This document shows positions 9,438 through 15,648 of a stretch of DNA of 15,648 nucleotides, piece by piece (the first letter of the stretch is position 1; each line of letters starts with the position of its first letter). Source of the stretch: Octopus sinensis. Taxonomy: Eukaryota. The notes below the pieces were generated by a model. The model was not told where the DNA came from. It ran no database searches and was given only the letters and a program-made list of their open reading frames with translations. The position numbers and the translations under genes are program-made. The stretch spans positions 1 to 15,648 of the forward strand of contig NW_021825345.1 of NCBI RefSeq assembly GCF_006345805.1, read 5' to 3'.

Positions 9438-10485
9438 AGACACATATGTACATGTAACCAAAGATGTATGTGATCATGCGTTTGCAACAATTGTGATATA
9501 TGCAGTATATCGAACAGCTGTTGGAGAATCTATTTTTCTGTATTATAAAAATATCTTGAGACGTTGCTCAACGTTTTAATAGCAACAAACATATATAAAA
9601 TACTCACCATCATAAGAGCTATATTCTGTTAAGATACGTGTAACTATGTGTTGCGTAACCAATATTTTCTGTTCAGTAGTATCATTATTTAATATCATAC
9701 AGTTGGACGGGATACTATATACAATGTGATTGGATTGAGTGTGGTGTATATGTTTCCCGTTTTAAGACATCCATGTTTCAGTGCAGATAGTACTGACTAC
9801 GTAAGAAATCTTGTAATTATAATATGGTAGCATCCAGCGTATTACAGGGAGTGTATAAGAACTCAAAGATGCATGGTGTGGCTGTGTATTAAGAAGTTTT
9901 CTTCCCAACCACATGATTCCAGATTCAACCCCACAGCATGACACCTTGGGCAAGTGTCTTGAACTATAGCCTAGAGCCGACTAAAGCATTTGTGACTAGA
10001 TTTGGCAGACGGAAACTGAAAGAAGCCCGATGTATATTTGTGTGTGTGTGTGTGTGTGTATGTGTTTCTCCTCACCACCGCTTGATAACCAATGCATCCA
10101 CCAACTTAGCGTATCGGCAAAAGACATCGATAGAATAAGTAGCAGCCTTAAGAAAAAAATAAGTTCTAGGTCGATTCATTCGACTAAAAATTCTTCAAGT
10201 CGATGCCCCTTCATGGCTGCAGTGTCACGATTTAAAGAAGTAAACCATTAACATCAAAAGCAAGATGGAGGTGACGCTGATTTCTCACTAAGCTTTAGAA
10301 GTTTTGGTCTCCATCTTCTGGCCCGCGTATACTAATCACCTCTAATCACCGCGAAAGGTGGCGAGTGAAAATGTCAGCAGTCAAAGCTCCAAGCAAACAC
10401 AATTCAATATTATGACGTCATAAACACAGTTTATTCAAAGCTGAACTTCTTTAGACAAGAAAGATGCTTAAATCCAATTCTCGCG
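9300..10485 (+). repeat. Diverged local duplication, copy B (interrupted by a SINE at ~9868-10243)
   Basis: Aligns to copy A on both sides of the SINE. Confidence 0.9.
9868..10243 (+). mobile_element. SINE family 1, near full length, diverged
   Basis: Head GGTGTGGCTGTG...GATTCAACCCC, core GACGGAAACTGAAAGAAGCCCG, internal (GT)n, GGCAAAAGACATCGATAGAATAAG. It is absent from the paralogous site in copy A. Confidence 0.9.
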
Positions 10486-10489
10486 CATA

Positions 10490-10501
10490 TATGCACACAC
10501 A

Positions 10502-10542
<41 letters not shown>

Positions 10543-10645
10543 GAGAAACACACGTGTGTGTGTATGTATGTATGTATGTATGTATGTATGTATGTTATGT
10601 ATGTATTATGTATGTGTCTACTATCTATCTCCCCCTCTCTCTCTT

Positions 10646-10708
<63 letters not shown>
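10490..10708. repeat. Compound (CA)/(GTAT)/(TA) microsatellite
   Basis: Directly visible. Confidence 0.95.
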
Positions 10709-10973
10709 CTGTTGTGTCTGGGAAGAGTCATTTTCTTTTAGTGCCTTATTATTTAAACACCTCACCGGTAAAATTTCCACTTATTCTTATTTTTATTTTC
10801 TAAAATTTTCGTTGCGTCTTGCAACCTTTTCAATAATTTTGAAACTATTGAAAAGGTTGCAAGACGTAACGAAAATTTTAGAAAATAAAAAGACGAAGTA
10901 AGTGGAAATTTTACCGGTGAGTGTGTTAAATAAAAAGGCACTAAAAGAGAATGACTCTCCCCAGACACAACAG
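10709..10973. mobile_element. 265-bp fold-back element / putative MITE
   Basis: Arms 10709-10835 and 10846-10973 are reverse complements with about 9 differences. Termini are CTGTTGTGTCTGGG...CCCAGACACAACAG and the spacer is 10 nt. No clean TSD (TA on the left, AA on the right). Confidence 0.8.
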
Positions 10974-11124
10974 AATATGCTTCAACACACGAACTCATAA
11001 AAAGAATCTTGCCAACCAAATCCAAAAACGAAATATATATATTATATATAACGTCAAATTGAACGTCGATCAGTAGACATATAAATAGATAAAAATTTTT
11101 TAAAAAGATTTCTTTATTAAGCTA

Positions 11125-12200
11125 TGAATGATCAACTGAAGAAAATGATTACTAAAGGGGAATGCATACCATCACAAATTTGCAATGTTAATGGCACTGC
11201 ACGTTTCTGAAAGTGCATGTCTGCTAGAATTTTATTTCTCGAAAAGAAGAATCAACACCAGTAACTAAGAGTTCTAAAATTCGTCTGACGCTTCTTCAAG
11301 CGCTTTCATCGCTTCATAAAGTTTAATCAACCTCTGATCTATTATTCAATTTAGAAGGTATGGATGACTGAAATCTTTCTGAAGATCGGTTTACCAATTT
11401 TTGTCCTGCTGTAGAAAAGGACTGTGCTGAACATTATACTCCCAATAAACCATTCCTCCTTTCATTACATGCACCAAACCACCTAGTGAACTTAAATGAG
11501 CTTTGTGATAATGTGAGAGTTGATGATATCCCCCAAGATTACAACATCTTTGCAATATCTTAGCTCCAATCAATGGATCAAGATGAGATAGCTAACTTCA
11601 AGAAATATTATATGAGCAGAACCTTCAAACAACTTATGAAAGCAATTGACTGCAAGGACAAACCTACAGTTAGAGAGTTCATGAAGAAGTTCAACATAAA
11701 GGTTGCTATGGATAACAGTTGAGCTATGGGATGAAGTAAAACCCTCAAGTTTGACTGGTAGTTGGAAAAATATATAGCCAAACTTGGCTTTACAAGTTTT
11801 CTCCAAGTAGAGGAGCCGTAGAAGTTGGTGTCATGAGTAGCTAGAGGAGTCACAGAGAATGTGATTGCGTTGATAGAGAAGTTGTAATGGATGATGTGAT
11901 TGATTTGCTTGTGCCCCATAAGAGAATGTTTATCAAACAAGGAGCTAGCACTGTTTGAACATGAGCAAGTTATGAACGCAGAACATAGAAATTCCATTAA
12001 CTGCAAATAATATTGCTAAAGTGTTGGCACTTAGAGAGGAAGGTCTGCAAGTTTTTGCTAACACATTAATTGCAAATGTAACAAGAAGAGTTTTGAGTAG
12101 TTTACAGTGAGTTTAATTCCTGTACTGAGATCTCCGAAAAGATGATGCGCTATAAACATCAAACAACTTGGGATAAGTTCTTCTTCACCCTTCCAGTAGA
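11125..12200 (+). mobile_element. Decayed Tigger/pogo-family DDE transposase remnant
   Basis: Translation across stops and frameshifts gives LKKMITKGECIPSQICNVNGTARF*KCM (eroded QVFNADETGLFWK), KIRLTLL, KVWMT, CPAVEK, HAPNH, MDQDEIANFKKYYMSRTF, KPTVREFMKKFNI, WDEVK, LSNKEL, QTTWDKFF. No TIRs identified. Confidence 0.9.
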
Positions 12201-12352
12201 AACTTGAGATTATCTCCCCTTCTTAAGCAGATTTGGTCTTAATTGCCATTTGGTAGTTATGATATAACTGCCAGAGCTGGAGATGATATTAGTAAATCAA
12301 GAATCTTATGTTGTGTGACATTTGATATATCTGCATTTGTCTATACATACAG

Positions 12353-12403
<51 letters not shown>

Positions 12404-12410
12404 TGCGTGT
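12353..12410. repeat. (GT)n microsatellite
   Basis: Directly visible. Confidence 0.97.
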
Positions 12411-12415
12411 GTACC

Positions 12416-12590
12416 TTTTATCTTTTACTTGTTTCAGTCATTGGACTGCGGCTATGCTTGGGGACCTTGAAGAATTTTTAATCGAATGAATTGAACCCAA
12501 TATTTTAAAAGGTTAATACTTATTCTATCGATGTCTTTTGCCGAACAGCTATGTTACTGGGGACGTAAGCACACCAACACCGGTTCTCAA
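12416..12590 (-). mobile_element. SINE family 1, 3' half
   Basis: Reverse complement contains CGTCCCCAGTAACATAGCTGTTCGGCAAAAGACATCGATAGAATAAGTA and the tail ATGACTGAAACAAGTAAAAGA. Confidence 0.88.
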
Positions 12591-12660
12591 TAGCATACAT
12601 ATAGTAAACATAAGTGGCGTTTGATGTGCCTTGATTCTTTTGAATTCTTATAACTAAATC

Positions 12661-12661
12661 A

Positions 12662-12731
<70 letters not shown>

Positions 12732-12732
12732 A

Positions 12733-12772
<40 letters not shown>
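12661..12772. repeat. (TATC)n / (GATA)n tetranucleotide array
   Basis: Near-perfect array with one AAC interruption at about 12731. Confidence 0.97.
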
Positions 12773-12944
12773 AAGATTAATCAGCCGAAATTGTGAGGAT
12801 GATCCGGTTCTTGACTGAGGATAAAAGGCTTCGAAAGACCCGTCCTTGTTTTTTTGTATCGTCTATTTGGATGTTTTGTTGTCCCTTATTTTATCACCTA
12901 GTTGTCCGGATGTTTTGCGTTCTTGTCCCATTTTGTATTATATG

Positions 12945-13030
12945 TAATGTATATGTATATATATATATATATATATATGTGTATGTATTAATGTGTGTAT
13001 GTATGTATGTATGTATATGTATATATTTAT
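12945..13030. repeat. (TA)/(GTAT) microsatellite
   Basis: Directly visible. Confidence 0.9.
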
Positions 13031-13504
13031 AAAACACTCCTTTGAGTACTACTTATCTTTCTTGTCCTCTTCCATTCCAGAAGACCCGCAAATTAGCCGA
13101 CTACAGAAGACAGTAAAATACTCTCAGTTAGCAAGCCGAACACCATTGACTTGGGCATTTCACATTATCATTCAATAAACAACCAGTTAGATTGCGTTTC
13201 ATAGCAGCTCCTTAGTCGTTATAATTTCGTGTTTATAATAACCTTTATATATTTCGCAGCAAAGCTAACCATATTTAATATCTCAATGACAACTGTGTGC
13301 CACGGTTTGTTACACAGGAAACCAATTCTACCGCTGAAACCGATCATTTTCAGATCCGTGATGCAAATTGAAATAATTGCATATTTTATAGTTAATTTTG
13401 TTTATAACTTATCAATCACATGAAGCTAATCTGATCAATCAGATGTGACTGGCATCTGAATATATATAAATCAGCTTTTACGCATGTGTATCCTTGAAGA
13501 GTAT

Positions 13505-13673
13505 ATTTTTATATGAATGTATGTGAAGGTGTGTATACGCATACACACATTTATGTATGAGCATTTATATATATATGCGTGTGTGTGTGTGTATGTGAGT
13601 GTGTGAGTACATGTATTTATGAATATACATGTGTGCCCATATATATATTATATATATATATATATATATATGA

Positions 13674-13707
<34 letters not shown>

Positions 13708-13757
13708 TACACACATATATACATATATATATATGTGTGTGTGTATATGTGTATGTA
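13505..13757. repeat. Compound (TG)/(TA) microsatellite
   Basis: Directly visible. Confidence 0.9.
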
Positions 13758-13970
13758 TATGTTTGTGTATTTGTGTCTGTGTTTGCTACCCCGCCCCCCA
13801 CCATCGCTTGACAACCGATGCTGGTGTGTTATGTCCCTGTAACTTAGCGCGGTTCAGTAAAAGAGACCGATAAAAGAGAATAAGTACTAGGCTTACAAAG
13901 AGTAAGTCCTGAGATCGATTTGTTCGACTTAAGGTGCTCCAATAAGGCCGTAGTTAGATGACTGAAATAA
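13758..13970 (+). mobile_element. SINE family 1, 3' half
   Basis: CATCGCTTGACAACCGATGCTGGTGTG, GTAACTTAGC, AAAAGAGACCGATA, GAATAAGTACTAGGCTTACAAAG and the tail GATGACTGAAA all match the other copies. Confidence 0.9.
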
Positions 13971-14124
13971 TATATATATATATATATATTGTTAAAGAGG
14001 ACAACAAACGTTAAGCCAAGGCAAACATCTCAAGTCATATACATTATTATTATTGGAAAAAATTCAAAGTCTTACAGTTGTTTCTGGGATATCCCAGAGC
14101 ATGGGATATCCAAGAAACAGCTAA

Positions 14125-14191
14125 GTAAAGACGGACGAAATGCCGCTAAGCATTTTTCTCGGCGTGCTAACGATTCTGCCAACTCGCCGCC
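14125..14191 (-). mobile_element. SINE family 2, 5' head only
   Basis: Reverse complement GGCGGCGAGTTGGCAGAATCGTTAGCACGCCGAGAAAAATGCTTAGCGGCATTTCG carries an A-box-like TGGCAGAATCG and matches the plus copy at 14253-14302. Confidence 0.85.
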
Positions 14192-14244
14192 TTAAGCGCA
14201 TGTATAGTAACAATGATAATTATTATTATATCTGTTTGTGAGGT

Positions 14245-14455
14245 TAAGAAGTATCGTTAGCACACCGAGCAAGATGCTTAGCGGCACTTCGCTTGACTTT
14301 ACGTTCTGAGTTCAAATTCCGCCAGGGTCTACTTTGCCTTTCATTCTTTCGAGGTCGATAAATTAAGTATCAGTGAAACACTGGGATCGATGTAATCGAT
14401 TAGTCCCCTCCCCCAAAACTTCAGGCCTTGTGCCTTTATTAGACAGGATTATTAT
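14245..14455 (+). mobile_element. tRNA-derived SINE family 2, near full length
   Basis: B-box-like GAGTTCAAATTCC (14308-14320), body CTTTGCCTTTCATTCTTTCGAGGTCGATAAATTAAG...GATGTAATCG and a short (ATT) tail. Confidence 0.88.
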
Positions 14456-15648
14456 CATGTTTGTAATTTATCAAATCACGTAAATGTAATCATGTAAAAG
14501 TAATGTTTCAAATCAGTTCAAAAATGTTTCTACACTCGTTCGATTTGGCGATGAAGATTTTCCTGTTCATTGCCCCACCAAACTTTTAGGAACTGTCGTT
14601 GTACCAGCTGCGCTTCCTGTTTCAGATCCTATTGTTTTCACAAATAATGAACCATAAACTCTTAAGTAATTATCTTGAAGAGAAGTTTCAAGTTTCAAGC
14701 AAAAGAAACCACCTTATAATCCTTATTCAACAAATTCAGGCGATAAGCGGAAGAGTAAAAATCTGCAAGATCTTTTTAAGTTAATATCTACCTACATTCT
14801 AATCAGGGAACTTTGTTTTATAGTTAGAATCAAGTTACTTCTTTGAAGGATGAATTTAAAGAAGCATGGGCAGAAAGACATACAATAATACTTGCTGATT
14901 CTTTCACATCCATTCTCTCAAGTTCATTATCTCTGTATTTCAGTCATTTTCTTCGTCTCTACCTCACCTTTCTTCCTCTTTTTATTTACTGTAGAGTACT
15001 CACATTCATATATTCTGTTTTATTTCTCATTAAATATATTGTCCTTATAATTCTCTTTCCTTTGTATGCTTACAGTTCATCCTTCTTACATTCCTGTCCC
15101 TTTATTGTTCCTCTCTCTCTCTCCTTCATATTTGCACCACCCAACTCCCACCTGTCGTCTGCATCAAACAGTAACTAAAACGAGAGTAGAGGTGTGAGAC
15201 TGCGAGTGTTGGTGCAAGCTAGAGAATATCTGTTTGCGCGTGTATTACGCACACACACACACACGTACGCACACACATACACACACGTACGCATACACAC
15301 ACATTCATCCACAAGACAGAGGATGTAGTAGGAGAGTGGGTTAGCGAGACAAACATGAAGAGGCGATGATAATCATAGATAGGAGAGGGAGTGATATAGC
15401 GAGAGTAGTTATAGACGTATGTGTAGTGAAGAAGGAGCAAACGCAACAGAAGAGCAAACCAAATGCAAGAGTTAGAAGAATTGGGAGGGGTTTGTGGGGT
15501 TAAGAGAGTGAGTGAGAGAGAGGGAGAGAGAGAGAAAAAAAAAGAAAGATGATGAATGAACATAGGGAGGGTGACAGATATTTGTAGTGAGTGAAAGGGA
15601 GAACGAAGGAGATATGGTGAGAGTGAAAAGTTTCGAGATGAGACAGAA

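Noticed and set aside
11608-12006. 132-aa minus ORF
   Set aside because: Antisense to the plus-strand Tigger/pogo remnant.
12795-12860. Hammerhead-like cores CTGAGGA...CGAAA...GTC, suggestive of a Penelope-type terminal repeat
   Set aside because: Stem I cannot form (upstream CTTGA versus downstream CTTG), stem II is only 3 bp with a 1-nt loop, and no Penelope RT or GIY-YIG is nearby. An Infernal search with hammerhead models would settle it.
13055-13120. Strong polypyrimidine acceptor ...TTCCATTCCAG at 13080
   Set aside because: There is no good donor downstream (only GTAAAA) and no recognisable peptide, so it cannot be supported without RNA data.
88-15563. The many 60-155 aa ORFs rich in CV/HT/YI/LL repeats
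   Set aside because: They are translations of microsatellites that lack stop codons in some frames; there is no domain signal.
14900-15648. Pyrimidine-rich then purine-rich tracts, and resemblance of 15530-15590 to the duplication's left flank
   Set aside because: Low-complexity sequence with no alignable inverted or direct homology; the apparent similarity is compositional.
1-15648. Prokaryotic systems (CRISPR arrays, operons, rRNA/tRNA genes)
   Set aside because: There is no repeat-spacer periodicity or gene-dense architecture, and the tRNA-like A/B boxes all belong to SINE heads.

Overview
This is repeat-dense, AT-rich eukaryotic DNA. Its microsatellite load and two tRNA-derived SINE families look like Octopus/cephalopod sequence, which I infer from recognising the SINEs and have not confirmed by a search. 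I find no intact protein-coding gene: nearly all ORFs in the track are microsatellite translations or antisense shadows of decayed transposons. The window holds a decayed L1/Tx1-clade LINE (minus strand) split by a nested CR1/L2-group LINE, plus a further small insert. It also holds decayed mariner and Tigger/pogo transposases, seven SINE copies or fragments, a 265-bp fold-back element and many microsatellites, including a ~1.1-kb (TA) array. The least explained feature is a diverged ~0.85-kb local duplication (~6995-7850 and ~9300-10485). It carries a 58/61-nt conserved block, possible minus-strand splice signals around a Cys-rich micro-ORF, and a conserved CRE/forkhead motif. All alignments and translations were done by eye.
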